NCBI GenBank assembly: GCA_965140445.1
Contig: OZ223236.1
Span: 928,001 to 992,000 of the forward strand
DNA from: Candidatus Ozemobacteraceae bacterium
Lineage (GTDB): Bacteria; Muiribacteriota; Ozemobacteria; Ozemobacterales; Ozemobacteraceae
Length of the DNA: 64,000 nt
Direction: 5' to 3'
Positions within the stretch are counted from its first letter, which is position 1; each line of letters begins with the position of its first letter. Of this stretch, positions 44,867 to 55,179 are shown piece after piece. The notes below the pieces were generated by a model. It searched no databases. It was not told where the DNA came from and was given only the letters and a program-made list of their open reading frames with translations. The position numbers and the translations under genes were made by a program.

Positions 44867-45825
44867 TGACGATTTCTTTCAAAGAAGCGAACAAAGGCGT
44901 TTTTCATTTCCAGCATTCGCTGTTCATTTTCAAAAATAAATTCTGGAGAGGCTTTAAGGAAGGGTGAATCTGGTGATTCTTCAATTGTATGAACTCTGGC
45001 TGCTCTGGCCAGACTTTTTATTTTTTCGTCATATGGAATAAGTTTAACGCTAAGACCGCTTCTAAGAGCGGCCAGAGAAAGATGGTATCGCATTAGGATT
45101 CCACAGGAAAAATTGTTCATCATGTCAGTTGCTTTTGAAAAGCTTTCTGGCTTGAGAATAACAAGGTTTTTTAATCCTTTTCGCATGGTTTTAATATCTG
45201 TGTTGCGTGCAGCCAGACCAATTGTCTCAGTATTTGGGAGTAAATGCGGATTTAATAATTTTCCAAATTTGCGAAATTTCCAGGGCCTGACATTTAAAGC
45301 CTGTCTATTTATATTGCTAGAAGCTGTTTTTAAATTGACAGGAATATCCCAGGTCCAGTCAGTGCCAAGATTTGCTTTTCTTTTGGTGAGCTTTTCAAAA
45401 AAATCTTTTGAGTATTCGTCTCTTAACCATGCGACAGGAACTCGCATTAAGGCTTTTTGGGCCATAGTTTGCAGTGCTGGACGCTTGATAGGACCCAGGC
45501 CTGCTCCCCACAGGGAAATTCGTTTTCGAAATACATTGGCTGCAAGTATTCTTAGAGCAAAATACGCAACTCCCTCAAACGACCAGTCTTGAAGTATGCC
45601 TCCAGTAAAAACGACATCACTTGAATTCGCCAGTTCTTTTATGTATTCCGGCCATGAACTGAGGCCACGCCTTGAAATCGGGCGTGCGCCTGGACAAATT
45701 CCAACTGATTTGCCTGAGGTAAATACAGCTTTTGTATCTGATGGGGCATTATTTAGAATACATTCTAGAATTGCATCATCACCTAAATTGTCTTCGCCAA
45801 AAAAGCCTGTAAGTAGTATCTGCAT
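44863..45825 (-). CDS. Polysaccharide pyruvyl transferase, CsaB-like
   Basis: GFFGEDNLGDDAIL, GGILQD, GAGLGP, LRDEYS, MRYH, YDEK. Confidence 0.85.
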   Translation of the reverse strand: MQILLTGFFGEDNLGDDAILECILNNAPSDTKAVFTSGKSVGICPGARPISRRGLSSWPEYIKELANSSDVVFTGGILQDWSFEGVAYFALRILAANVFRKRISLWGAGLGPIKRPALQTMAQKALMRVPVAWLRDEYSKDFFEKLTKRKANLGTDWTWDIPVNLKTASSNINRQALNVRPWKFRKFGKLLNPHLLPNTETIGLAARNTDIKTMRKGLKNLVILKPESFSKATDMMNNFSCGILMRYHLSLAALRSGLSVKLIPYDEKIKSLARAARVHTIEESPDSPFLKASPEFIFENEQRMLEMKNAFVRFFERNRQ

Positions 45826-45829
45826 TATT

Positions 45830-46903
45830 TTATCTTGTCTTAATCCTGCTTAAGCTGTCAAGAATTGCTTCTAATCTATCATTCCAAGTTGGAATTCTGG
45901 AATCATTATGCTTATTGTAACAGATTTGAGCAGGCTCATTTATTAATGATTTTATATCGCTATTTTTTTCAATAAACAGGTCTATGAAAGGGTTTTGCAT
46001 CAGGTCTTTTTTGCCGGTGCACCACACGTGAAGACCCGAAGCAGCATATTCGTATGCTTTAATTGGGTCTACACCACTAACCAGGTCAATATCTTTGAAT
46101 GGAATTAAACCAATGTCGCATTTTAGGAAGAGATCTTTTAATTTGCTATGCTCCAGAATGCCATGATACTTAACCTCAGGAAGATTTATCAGCTTTTTAA
46201 AGTCACTCCCTCTGCCTGGACCTGCAATGTGCAGCTCAACTTTTTTTAGCTTACAAAGTTTAATAAGCCATGCACAGTCGACCCATTCAAAATGAGCTCC
46301 GGCAGAAACTATTGTGATTGTTGATTTTCCATCAATATTTCTTTTTGGAACCTGTTTCCAGCTGGATGACACTGCATTTGGAATTAGTTTTATTGGACAG
46401 GAATTGTTAAATACCGTTTCTTCAATCAACGGGTGGGAAACCAGAATTAAATCAGCCTTGGAGAAAATGAGGCTTTCAAATCTTCGAATTGCATTAAATG
46501 ATTGGCCAGGAAACTTTCCATGAACATCACATTTATCATAGATCACAAAGCTCCAATTATTGCTGGTAAAATCAGATAGAAGCGGATCTGCAATCCACAA
46601 GAGTGAGAGCTCGGGGGAAATCTTAACTTTAGTTTTTAATAGAAAGAATGCGATTCTAGTGGCTATTTTCTGGATTGAAGGAAACCTGGAAGTTCTAAAT
46701 GGAACAAATATATCGATTACTTCAAATCCCTGGCTAACGATTTTGCGGGAAATCGAAAATCCGGGACTTCTGATTGGGTTTACATATTTAATCTGGTAAC
46801 CTTTTTCATGAAGTCCACGAGCAAACTCCTGGTGTCTTTGATTTAGCGCTGAGTATGCTACGGGTGAAACGAATACGATTGTTTGTAGTGAAGAGCACAT
46901 CAA
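45830..46903 (-). CDS. GT-B glycosyltransferase (GT4-like)
   Basis: QRHQEFA, IYDKCD, IPNAV, DPIKAYEYAASG. Confidence 0.8.
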   Translation of the reverse strand: MMCSSLQTIVFVSPVAYSALNQRHQEFARGLHEKGYQIKYVNPIRSPGFSISRKIVSQGFEVIDIFVPFRTSRFPSIQKIATRIAFFLLKTKVKISPELSLLWIADPLLSDFTSNNWSFVIYDKCDVHGKFPGQSFNAIRRFESLIFSKADLILVSHPLIEETVFNNSCPIKLIPNAVSSSWKQVPKRNIDGKSTITIVSAGAHFEWVDCAWLIKLCKLKKVELHIAGPGRGSDFKKLINLPEVKYHGILEHSKLKDLFLKCDIGLIPFKDIDLVSGVDPIKAYEYAASGLHVWCTGKKDLMQNPFIDLFIEKNSDIKSLINEPAQICYNKHNDSRIPTWNDRLEAILDSLSRIKTR

Positions 46904-48987
46904 TTTTCTATAGAATCCATCAGGATTGTTTCAAACTTTGAGACCATAGCCTTGAAATCATTATGTTTTTTGAAAAAATCAACAGAGTTGGCACCAAATT
47001 TAAGAATGTTTTCTTTGTTTAAAAGTGTTTTCAAGGCTTCTATTAGCTGTGAATCGTTTCTAGGGGAAATTAGTAAGCCATTATAATTATGAATAACTAT
47101 CTCGGGAATTCCGCCTACCTTGGTTGCGAGACAAGGAATTCCAAATCTCATGGCTTCCAGGAGGCTTAGGGGAATCCCTTCACCTAGCGAGGGAAGAAAG
47201 ACAAGATCGGTTTCCTTGTAAAAATCTTCAATATTATTTACAAAGCCATAAAATTTTATTCTGGTGGAAAATTCGTCTTTAAGGAATTCTCTTTCAAGGT
47301 TTTCTCGCTCTGGCCCATCACCGAAAATTTTGATTTCAAAGTCTGGCAATTCCTTGTAATGTTTTCTCAGGGCTTTCAGAGCCCAATAGTGCCCTTTGTT
47401 TGCATGAAGTTTTGCTACAATTGAAATTTTAAAAGGCTCCTGATGACGGGCATTGCTAGGAGCAATTTCTTTGTTTATGCAGTTTGGCAGCGTAGTGATT
47501 TTTTTGTTTTTTATGTCCTGAATTTTCAAGTGTTTCTCAACAGCGGTTGAAACAGGAATCAAGTGGGTACAATTTTTGTAATAGCTCAAGCGGTTCAATC
47601 CATGAACGTGAGCCACACTAGGAATTCCTAGATATGAAGAGTAGAGACCGGAAATTAATGAGGCTTTGTTCAGATGACTGCTCACAATAGAAGGTCTGAT
47701 TTTTTTCAAGTCGGTGAAAAGCTTTAGTGCATAAAAAATCCCGCCAGCTTTCATGCTTATAGCTGAACATTGGTTGGAAAGCTTATTGATTTCCTGCTGA
47801 AGAGGAGCGCCGGCGCAGGTTGCAGAAATTTCCCAGCCCCTCGTTTTTAACTCTTCCATTAAGCTTAATGCAAGCCGTTCTCCTCCTCCTAATTCATTAG
47901 AGGATATGGCGAAATGAATCTTCTTTCTCTTTTCGTCGCTTAAATTTTTAAAAAGTTCGAAATGCTTATCAATTGCCATTTTGCGATTGAATTTACTTTC
48001 AACCATTTGTCTGGCTTTTTCTCCCATGGAAACCCTTGTCTCATAATTATCTATTAAAGTTGATAACTGTATTTTTAAACCATTTTCCGAGTCGGGTTCA
48101 AATAAAAGACCGGCATGATCCGAGATGATTTCTGGCAAGCCGCCAATGTTTGCTGCTATAACCGGTAAAGAGCTTTCCATGGCTTCGCAAACATGAATGC
48201 CAAAGGATTCCTGGCGAGAAGGGGCTACGAAAATATCTATTTTTTTTAAGAATTCCCTTGGATTCTCAATTTCCCCTTCAAATGTGCATAGATGCGAAAT
48301 TTCAAGGGTCTCTGAGAGTTTAATCAGTTCAGGTTTTATTTTTCCGTCTCCACCGATTAGAATTTCAAACTCGTAGCCTTCATCATTTAGGGTTTTGCAG
48401 GCCTTTAAAAGGCGATCTATTCCCTTTACCGGGTGAAGACGAGACAATGTGCCAATTGTAATTTTTTTATTGCTGCAACGCTCTTTAACTTGTTTTTGAA
48501 AGATATTGACCCCGGGATATATCACCGATGAATTGCAGCTTAAATTCGGTGAAACATTTTCTGCATACCAGTTCTGCAGGAAATTGCTGGGAAAGATCAG
48601 GTGGTCTGATTTGCTCTGAAATCTTCTTTCAAAAAAGTGAAAAAAACTATTTTCAGCACCATGTATGGAAGTAACAAAAGATGCTTTTGCATCATTGTTC
48701 GCCAATCTGGCCAATAGAGTTGCCTTGAAGAGATGGGTGTGGATAATGTTGGGGCTGAATTGCTTGATGATTTTGCGCAACTTAAAGAAGGCTGGCACAT
48801 CCAACATGTTTTCCCCAAGGATTTCAACTTCGATATTTGCTTTTCTGAGCCTGTTTCCAATTGGGCCGTCTTTGAAAGAAACTACTTTTATCTCGTGCCC
48901 TTCACTGTATCCGCGCAAACATAGGTCTATCAGCAAGGTTTGGGCGCCACCATAAGTTAGTGCATTTATGCATTGTAGAATGCGCAT
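46900..48987 (-). CDS. Tandem double GT4 glycosyltransferase
   Basis: Two full GT4 modules: GGAQ...ESFGIHVCEAM..GGLPEII and GGGE...EGIPLSLLEAM..GGIPEIV. Confidence 0.9.
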   Translation of the reverse strand: MRILQCINALTYGGAQTLLIDLCLRGYSEGHEIKVVSFKDGPIGNRLRKANIEVEILGENMLDVPAFFKLRKIIKQFSPNIIHTHLFKATLLARLANNDAKASFVTSIHGAENSFFHFFERRFQSKSDHLIFPSNFLQNWYAENVSPNLSCNSSVIYPGVNIFQKQVKERCSNKKITIGTLSRLHPVKGIDRLLKACKTLNDEGYEFEILIGGDGKIKPELIKLSETLEISHLCTFEGEIENPREFLKKIDIFVAPSRQESFGIHVCEAMESSLPVIAANIGGLPEIISDHAGLLFEPDSENGLKIQLSTLIDNYETRVSMGEKARQMVESKFNRKMAIDKHFELFKNLSDEKRKKIHFAISSNELGGGERLALSLMEELKTRGWEISATCAGAPLQQEINKLSNQCSAISMKAGGIFYALKLFTDLKKIRPSIVSSHLNKASLISGLYSSYLGIPSVAHVHGLNRLSYYKNCTHLIPVSTAVEKHLKIQDIKNKKITTLPNCINKEIAPSNARHQEPFKISIVAKLHANKGHYWALKALRKHYKELPDFEIKIFGDGPERENLEREFLKDEFSTRIKFYGFVNNIEDFYKETDLVFLPSLGEGIPLSLLEAMRFGIPCLATKVGGIPEIVIHNYNGLLISPRNDSQLIEALKTLLNKENILKFGANSVDFFKKHNDFKAMVSKFETILMDSIEN

Positions 48988-49092
48988 GTGTATCTCTTCC
49001 AGGTGTAAATTAAGAAACCATTCTATGTTTATACGCTTAATCAGGCAATAGAAAAAGCTAAAAATTTGACGCATTTCTGGTGGAGGGTTACA

Positions 49093-50643
49093 ATGAAAAA
49101 AAAATGTACGGAGATACCTATGAATTTTAGAGCAAGATTTTCTGTTCTGTTTCTGGTTACGATGTTTTTACTAAGCTGTTTTGCTTCTTATGCAGCCGCT
49201 TATAGACCAGTTCCTGATAATAGAAACTTAACCCAGATTTTTAACGATGTTGATGTTAAAACTGATAAAATCGGAACAAAAGTTCGTTTGATCACTGAAA
49301 ACACCCAGGCATGGTTTTCCCGTTGGAAAATTATTGAAGATGCTAAAGAAACATTGGATTGCACTTATTATATCGTAGATAAGGATATGTTCGGGCAGTC
49401 TTTTATTGGTTTATTGCTTAAAAAAGCCCGCCATGGCGTTAAAATTCGTCTGATGATTGATGGTCGAGTTTATAGAATGCCTTATATGAGCAAGATGCCA
49501 GATAAAATTGAAGAACTTGCAGCTTTCCCAAATGTTCAGATCAAGCTTTACAATTCTGTTGCCAAATCTTTCCTTGGCGCATTTCGTGATTTAAAACAAG
49601 TTGTAGCCTCTAACCATGACAAAATTATCATTGCTGATGGTTATACCACGATTATTGGCGGTAGAAATATTGGTGCGGATTATTTTGCCAGCAAAGGGGA
49701 AAATGATATCGTATATCGCGATACTGACGTTGTGATGCAGGGTCGCCATGTTGCTGTTCAGCTTAAAAAGGCTTTTGAAGACGAGTGGAACTGCTTGAAA
49801 AACTCTGTAGTAAAACCAGATAGATTCAATTTCAAGAAGCAGCTTGCAAAAGTTGATCTGGCTTATCGTGTTATGTCCAGATATATGCAGGGACGTGGAT
49901 TTTATAATCCAGATGATACAAGAGTTTCTGCCAGCTTGAAAAAAGAACTCACGGCCATGAATGAAGAGGTTAAGAAGTATAAAAATCTTAAAGCTTTTTC
50001 TTCGTTTGAATTGTTCCATGGGGACAGAGAAAAACCTGTGAAAATTCTGGATAAAAACTCTCGAATAGGTGCTTTTAACGGCATTACCCCAACTCTAATT
50101 AAAATGATTGATGCTTGTGAAAATGAAATAATCATCCAGAATCCTTATCTGGTAATTACTGAAGAAGCTGAAGCAGCATTGAAGAGAGCTTCTGCCCGTG
50201 GAGTTAAAATTATTTTCCACACTAATAGTGCTAACTCAACTGATTCTTTATTCCCACAGGCTTTCTTAATGGATGATTGGAAAAGAATCTTAAAAGAAAT
50301 GCCTACTGCCAGAATGTTTGTAGCTCCTTCTGAAAATGAAAGACTGCATTCAAAAGTATTCATTTTTGATTCTCTTGTAACTATCGTTGGTTCTTACAAT
50401 ATGGACCCGCTTAGTGAGCAGATCAATTCTGAAGTTGTGGCTGCAATTCATGATAAATCATTTGCCACCAGAACAAGATTGAGAACTTTCGATGACATGA
50501 AAAAAGTTATTGAGTATAAAATTCAGGTTGATGAAAAGGGAAAAATCATTAAAGCTTATGGTCCAGAAGATCATGTTTCCAAAAAGGTTATAAAGAGAAT
50601 GAATCTTTTAAGAAAGCTGCAGTGGCTTAGACCCATTATTTAA
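49093..50643 (+). CDS. Exported phospholipase D family protein
   Basis: Two HKD motifs (HDKIIIAD..GGRN, HSKVFIFD..GSYN) and a signal peptide. Start is 49093 or 49120. Confidence 0.9.
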   Translation: MKKKCTEIPMNFRARFSVLFLVTMFLLSCFASYAAAYRPVPDNRNLTQIFNDVDVKTDKIGTKVRLITENTQAWFSRWKIIEDAKETLDCTYYIVDKDMFGQSFIGLLLKKARHGVKIRLMIDGRVYRMPYMSKMPDKIEELAAFPNVQIKLYNSVAKSFLGAFRDLKQVVASNHDKIIIADGYTTIIGGRNIGADYFASKGENDIVYRDTDVVMQGRHVAVQLKKAFEDEWNCLKNSVVKPDRFNFKKQLAKVDLAYRVMSRYMQGRGFYNPDDTRVSASLKKELTAMNEEVKKYKNLKAFSSFELFHGDREKPVKILDKNSRIGAFNGITPTLIKMIDACENEIIIQNPYLVITEEAEAALKRASARGVKIIFHTNSANSTDSLFPQAFLMDDWKRILKEMPTARMFVAPSENERLHSKVFIFDSLVTIVGSYNMDPLSEQINSEVVAAIHDKSFATRTRLRTFDDMKKVIEYKIQVDEKGKIIKAYGPEDHVSKKVIKRMNLLRKLQWLRPII

Positions 50644-50654
50644 AAAGTTCTTTG

Positions 50655-50693
50655 AAAAGCCTGCTTTGAAGTAATTTCAAAGCAGGCTTTTTT
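50655..50693. terminator. Bidirectional intrinsic terminator
   Basis: AAAAGCCTGCTTTGAA-GTAAT-TTCAAAGCAGGCTTTT between convergent genes. Confidence 0.85.
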
Positions 50694-50922
50694 ATTTAAA
50701 GTAGATGCTTTTTGATCAGGCTTTTAGCAATAATCTTATCAGGAGAGAAAGATCATTTTTGGGGCATGTTTAGTGGTTAAATCGCCAGCATTAACTAGCT
50801 CAAATGGGGTGGTGGTTGAACAATGTCTTTTTGCAGAAATGATTGGTAAAAGAGGCCTTGAGAAATGCCTGGTTAAAGCTTTTGCGAGGCTTATGGGCTC
50901 AAATGAAGTTTGAAAGATTAAG

Positions 50923-52146
50923 CTAGTTTTGGTCAGGTGCAGAAATTTCCGGAGCGAAAACTGGTTTAAAAGATTTTTCTGGTACCAATTCAAATTCCCC
51001 GTTACCTTTTTTAACAACTTTCCATTTTTTTGTTCTCGCAATAATTGGAAGACTCTCAACTTCAATTGAAACCAGACCTTTCCAGGCCAGTTCGCCAATC
51101 TCATAATTGTAAATTTCCTGCTCTTCCACATAACCTTCAAGCAAAGGGGACAGGTTTTTTCCTAATTGTCCACGAACCGATGGGTTTAACTTAAAGCCAA
51201 ATGGGTTCAAAAATAAAAATACGTGAATAATAGCTGTTAATGCAATAATCCCAGCAAGATGATAATTCAAGGAAAGAGGCTTTATTTCGGCGAAGCTTCT
51301 GAAAAGAATAATCATTCCCATCAGGATAAAAATGGGGGTGGTGCTGGGGTTAATTAAAGCCATAAAACCTGTGATGGCAAAGAAGAAAAGATTTGGCATG
51401 TCATCATGGGTTAATTTATTCAAAGTGATGAGATTAATTATAAGTATTATGCCAGATAGCAGGCTCAGGATTTTCATGTCCTGTGGTGGAATAAAATGCC
51501 ATGATAGGACCGAATCTGGAGAAACCGCAGCTGCGGCCCCTTCTGGGAAAAATAACAGGCCTGTTAAGGCACAAAGAACCAGACTAATCTGATAGTCTTT
51601 ATTCATAAAAGCATGGCAGGCAACCAACGCAACAAGCAGCCAGCTGTTTAGCCCAAAAGCACTAGCTGCTGCCGTTATGGGAATAAGTAAAATTCCAAAA
51701 TTATTTTTTAATCTGTTATTGTCTAAAATTGTTAGCAGGCCGGTGAGAAAAAATAGCTGTAAAAGCATTCTTAAGCTTAGAAATGCCTGCATGCTAAGAG
51801 CAAAAACTGCCAGGACTATAATTCCCGGAAGAACTTCTTTGCTTTTAAATACCCATAGGCATAAGAGGCTACACAGAAGAAAAAAACCGATGTGATATAT
51901 GGCTTTCAAACCAAGTAGAGATGCGCTGGAGTCGGCTATGTTTAAAGAGATGGTTTCTGGAAAGAAAACCCAACCTAAACTAAGGTCAAAGTCTCTTGCC
52001 ATTAAAAGATCCCAATAAGTTCCAGCTGGAAAGGGAGTGGATCTTGTGAAAAAGAATAATACCGCTATGGTAGCGATTAAGACGGCAATTCTATTCCACT
52101 CAACTGGTTTGGAAACCTTTGCTTTTTTCTTTGATGCAACGTACAT
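50923..52146 (-). CDS. Polytopic membrane protein, function unknown
   Basis: About ten hydrophobic segments; no diagnostic motif recognised. Confidence 0.7.
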   Translation of the reverse strand: MYVASKKKAKVSKPVEWNRIAVLIATIAVLFFFTRSTPFPAGTYWDLLMARDFDLSLGWVFFPETISLNIADSSASLLGLKAIYHIGFFLLCSLLCLWVFKSKEVLPGIIVLAVFALSMQAFLSLRMLLQLFFLTGLLTILDNNRLKNNFGILLIPITAAASAFGLNSWLLVALVACHAFMNKDYQISLVLCALTGLLFFPEGAAAAVSPDSVLSWHFIPPQDMKILSLLSGIILIINLITLNKLTHDDMPNLFFFAITGFMALINPSTTPIFILMGMIILFRSFAEIKPLSLNYHLAGIIALTAIIHVFLFLNPFGFKLNPSVRGQLGKNLSPLLEGYVEEQEIYNYEIGELAWKGLVSIEVESLPIIARTKKWKVVKKGNGEFELVPEKSFKPVFAPEISAPDQN

Positions 52147-52208
52147 TAAAAATCCTGTTTAAATGATCTCTCTTACATTTTTAGCATATTTACAGGTTTG
52201 ATGATAAC

Positions 52209-52244
52209 AAAAAAAATCGCCCCTTGATTCAAGAGGCGATTTTT
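52209..52244 (-). terminator. Terminator after the Xdh-family gene
   Basis: AAAATCGCC(C)CTTGA/TCAAG(A)GGCGATTTT hairpin with a long U-run on the minus strand. Confidence 0.75.
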
Positions 52245-52250
52245 AAGTTA

Positions 52251-54521
52251 CTAATCTATGTAATCAACCAGTTTTTCTGGCTTGATTGGAAGCTTTCTTA
52301 TGCGCTTTCCGGTGGCATTGTAAATAGCGTTGGCAATTGCCGGAGCAATTCCCATTAATGGAACTTCGCCGAAGCCTTTAGCTCCATAAGGCCCTTTGTC
52401 GTAGCCATGTTCAACTATTATTGGATCAAGCTCAGGGGTATCTTCAGTGGTAGGAAGTATATAGGTTGCAAAAGCATCGTTGAGCATTTTTCCTTTTTTA
52501 TCATGACGAATTTCTTCCATGATTGCATAACCCATACCTTGAAGAGTTCCACCTTCAATCTGGCCTTCAACCTGCTGCGGATTAATCGCTTTTCCCATGT
52601 CGTGAGCTGAAGTAATTCTGGTAACTTTAAATTCTCCGGTTTCCATGTCCACTTCAACTTCTGCGACGTTGGTGCAGTAGCTGTATACGAAGTAGGCGTT
52701 GCCCTGTCCTGTTTCCTGATCGTAGTCGGAATCTGGAGCGATAAACCAGCCAAAGGCACTTGGCATAAGTCTGTAGGCATACAATTTTGCCGCGAGTTCT
52801 TTAAAGCCGATTTTTTTGTCAGGGTTGCTCTTTAAAAAGGCAAAGCCGTCTATGAGTTCAACGTCTTCCGGGCTGGCGGCTTCGAGCATATCGCCAGCTA
52901 CATGCAGCAGTCGTGGACGAAGTTCAGCAGCAGCAATCATAAGAGAGTTTCCTGACATGAAAGTTGTGCGGCTGGCAACCGTTGGCCCTGAGTCAGGAAC
53001 CAGACTTGTATCAGTTTCAACAACGTTGACCAGTTCGTATGGAGCGCCAAGTGCATCAGCAGCTATTTGGGCCAAAACAGTTCTGGCTCCTTGTCCCATT
53101 TCCACATTACCTATTGCACAGTGAACTGACCCGTCTTTCATGATGGTCATGCTGGTTCCAACTCTATCAAGATGTTTTCCACCGGCACCGAGTCCGACAC
53201 CATAGTATATAGTTGAAATACCTATTCCAGTGCGGATATTACCTGTTCTGTCCTGGGGTTTTTGGTATTTCTGAGCCCAGTTGGCTTTTTCTACAGATTT
53301 ATCTATGGTTTCCATCAGTCCGCAAGATTGATCAATCAATTGGGCTGTGGCTGTTTTTGAACCAATTTTGTAACCATTGAGGCGTCGAATTTCTACAGGA
53401 TCAATTCCGAGCTCAATCGCAATCTCATCGATCATTGATTCACCTGCAAAGATAACCTGAGGAGAACCAAACCCACGGTAAGCTCCACATGGAACCTTGT
53501 TAGTGGCTACGCCGAAGGATCTTATATGGACATTGTCGCAATCGTATGGTCCAAGAGCATGAACGGTTCCACGCCATAGAACGATTGGAGTCAGTGTAGA
53601 ATAAGCTCCACCATCAACGTAATAATCAATTTCGGCGGCAAGAATTTTACCTTTTGTGTCTGTTCCGACCTTCATTTTTATCAGGCCAGGATGTCTTTTA
53701 GAGCTTGCGATAATATCTTCTTCGCGTTTGTAAATCAGTTTAACCGGTTTTCTGAGAACCTTGGCTACTATGGCTGCGTGACCGGCAACCACAGATGGGA
53801 AATCCTCTTTCCCGCCAAATCCGCCGCCGGTTGTTGTCTGGATTACTCTAACCATATTGCCGTCAATGCCAATTGCTTTGCCGATGGCATCATGAACATA
53901 GAAAGGGCACTGCATTGTGCCATAAACTGTCATGGAATCTTCAAGGCCAGGAACTGCTATTATCCCATTGGTTTCAAGATAGGCGTGTTCCTGATATGGA
54001 GTTTCATATTCCTGCTCGAATATATGGTCAGCTTTTGCCATTGCTTCACTGGCATTTCCTTTTTTTACTGTATAGCGTGAAAAAAGGTTGTCGTTTTTGT
54101 GAAGTTTTGGAGCATCTGCTTTAAGAGCATCTTGAATTGTGAGAACGGGTTCTAACTCTTCAATGTTAAGCTTTACTTTTTCGGCAGCGGCAACAGCTTG
54201 TTCATAAGTGTCTGCTGCAACCAGAGCAACTGGTTCACCATAAAACTTAACAAACCCTTCTGCAAGAAATGGCTCGTCATCAAACACTAATGGCACAGAG
54301 TTTACGCCAGGTATATCTTCGTAGGTGACAACAGCTTTAACGCCAGGCATTTTTAAAGCTTCTGTTTTATCGACAGAAATCAGCTTTCCGTATGCTATTG
54401 GAGACCTTACTGTGGTCACATGAATAATGTCAGAATAACTATAATCGTCAATATATTTGGCAATGCCGCGCACCTTATCCCAAGCGTCTTTACGCGGGAC
54501 AGACTTTCCTACTGCAGGCAT
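52251..54521 (-). CDS. Xanthine dehydrogenase family molybdopterin-binding subunit
   Basis: QEHAYLE, GGGFGGKE, GAYRGFG, EMGQG, VASRT, GQIEGG, AKGFGE. Confidence 0.93.
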   Translation of the reverse strand: MPAVGKSVPRKDAWDKVRGIAKYIDDYSYSDIIHVTTVRSPIAYGKLISVDKTEALKMPGVKAVVTYEDIPGVNSVPLVFDDEPFLAEGFVKFYGEPVALVAADTYEQAVAAAEKVKLNIEELEPVLTIQDALKADAPKLHKNDNLFSRYTVKKGNASEAMAKADHIFEQEYETPYQEHAYLETNGIIAVPGLEDSMTVYGTMQCPFYVHDAIGKAIGIDGNMVRVIQTTTGGGFGGKEDFPSVVAGHAAIVAKVLRKPVKLIYKREEDIIASSKRHPGLIKMKVGTDTKGKILAAEIDYYVDGGAYSTLTPIVLWRGTVHALGPYDCDNVHIRSFGVATNKVPCGAYRGFGSPQVIFAGESMIDEIAIELGIDPVEIRRLNGYKIGSKTATAQLIDQSCGLMETIDKSVEKANWAQKYQKPQDRTGNIRTGIGISTIYYGVGLGAGGKHLDRVGTSMTIMKDGSVHCAIGNVEMGQGARTVLAQIAADALGAPYELVNVVETDTSLVPDSGPTVASRTTFMSGNSLMIAAAELRPRLLHVAGDMLEAASPEDVELIDGFAFLKSNPDKKIGFKELAAKLYAYRLMPSAFGWFIAPDSDYDQETGQGNAYFVYSYCTNVAEVEVDMETGEFKVTRITSAHDMGKAINPQQVEGQIEGGTLQGMGYAIMEEIRHDKKGKMLNDAFATYILPTTEDTPELDPIIVEHGYDKGPYGAKGFGEVPLMGIAPAIANAIYNATGKRIRKLPIKPEKLVDYID

Positions 54522-54622
54522 AATTGACCTCCTTTTGAGTCCAACAATTTACTTTTTTTCAGTCTAGCATAATGGAAGACTGCTATGCTATTGCTTTGTG
54601 ACAGCCCTTATAGGGAGCTGTT

Positions 54623-54751
54623 TTACCAACCAAGACCAAATTTAAGCCCTGCAATAACTACGATAACTACAACAAAAAATACCATTTTTTGCTTAGTTTC
54701 TCCTGCCGGATCATATTTTGGGCCTTGTTGATTGTTTTCATTGTTTTCCAT
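54623..54751 (-). CDS. Small membrane protein (42 aa)
   Basis: Below the ORF-track cutoff. Manual translation MENNENNQQGPKYDPAGETKQKMVFFVVVIVVIAGLKFGLGW*. AAGGA RBS upstream and a hairpin just after the stop. Confidence 0.65.
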   Translation of the reverse strand: MENNENNQQGPKYDPAGETKQKMVFFVVVIVVIAGLKFGLGW

Positions 54752-55179
54752 TTTCTAATTTCCTTGCTGTGATTTCAGGTTTAATATTTGCATTAACCAA
54801 AATAATGGAATTGCCCTGAAAGTATCTCAGAATACTAACATGCTGCTGATTTTACTTCAACCTTGGTACTCGGTTGATTTGTTTGAGCAGGGAACAGCTG
54901 ATTTGTGTAATTGGAGTTCCAAAAAAAACTGTGGTAGAAGTTATTGTGTGAAAGGATTTAAAAGGGCATTGAGTCGGTTGAGATTATTTTGTGTTAGCAT
55001 TGGAGAATTGGCAGGGGTACAAAACCGTCAGTCTTTAGCACCGGCAGAATTGATAGACATTTTTACCTAAGCGGCCATGGATAGAGCCAGCAAACCGCAA
55101 TTTTAATAAAAGCATAATTTATAGTTTGGATTTTTGCTTTGGATATCGAACCAAATATTTGGTAAATTTTGAAAAATAA

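Noticed and set aside
54840..55070. 76-aa plus-strand ORF
   Set aside because: No RBS or recognisable motif; probably non-coding.
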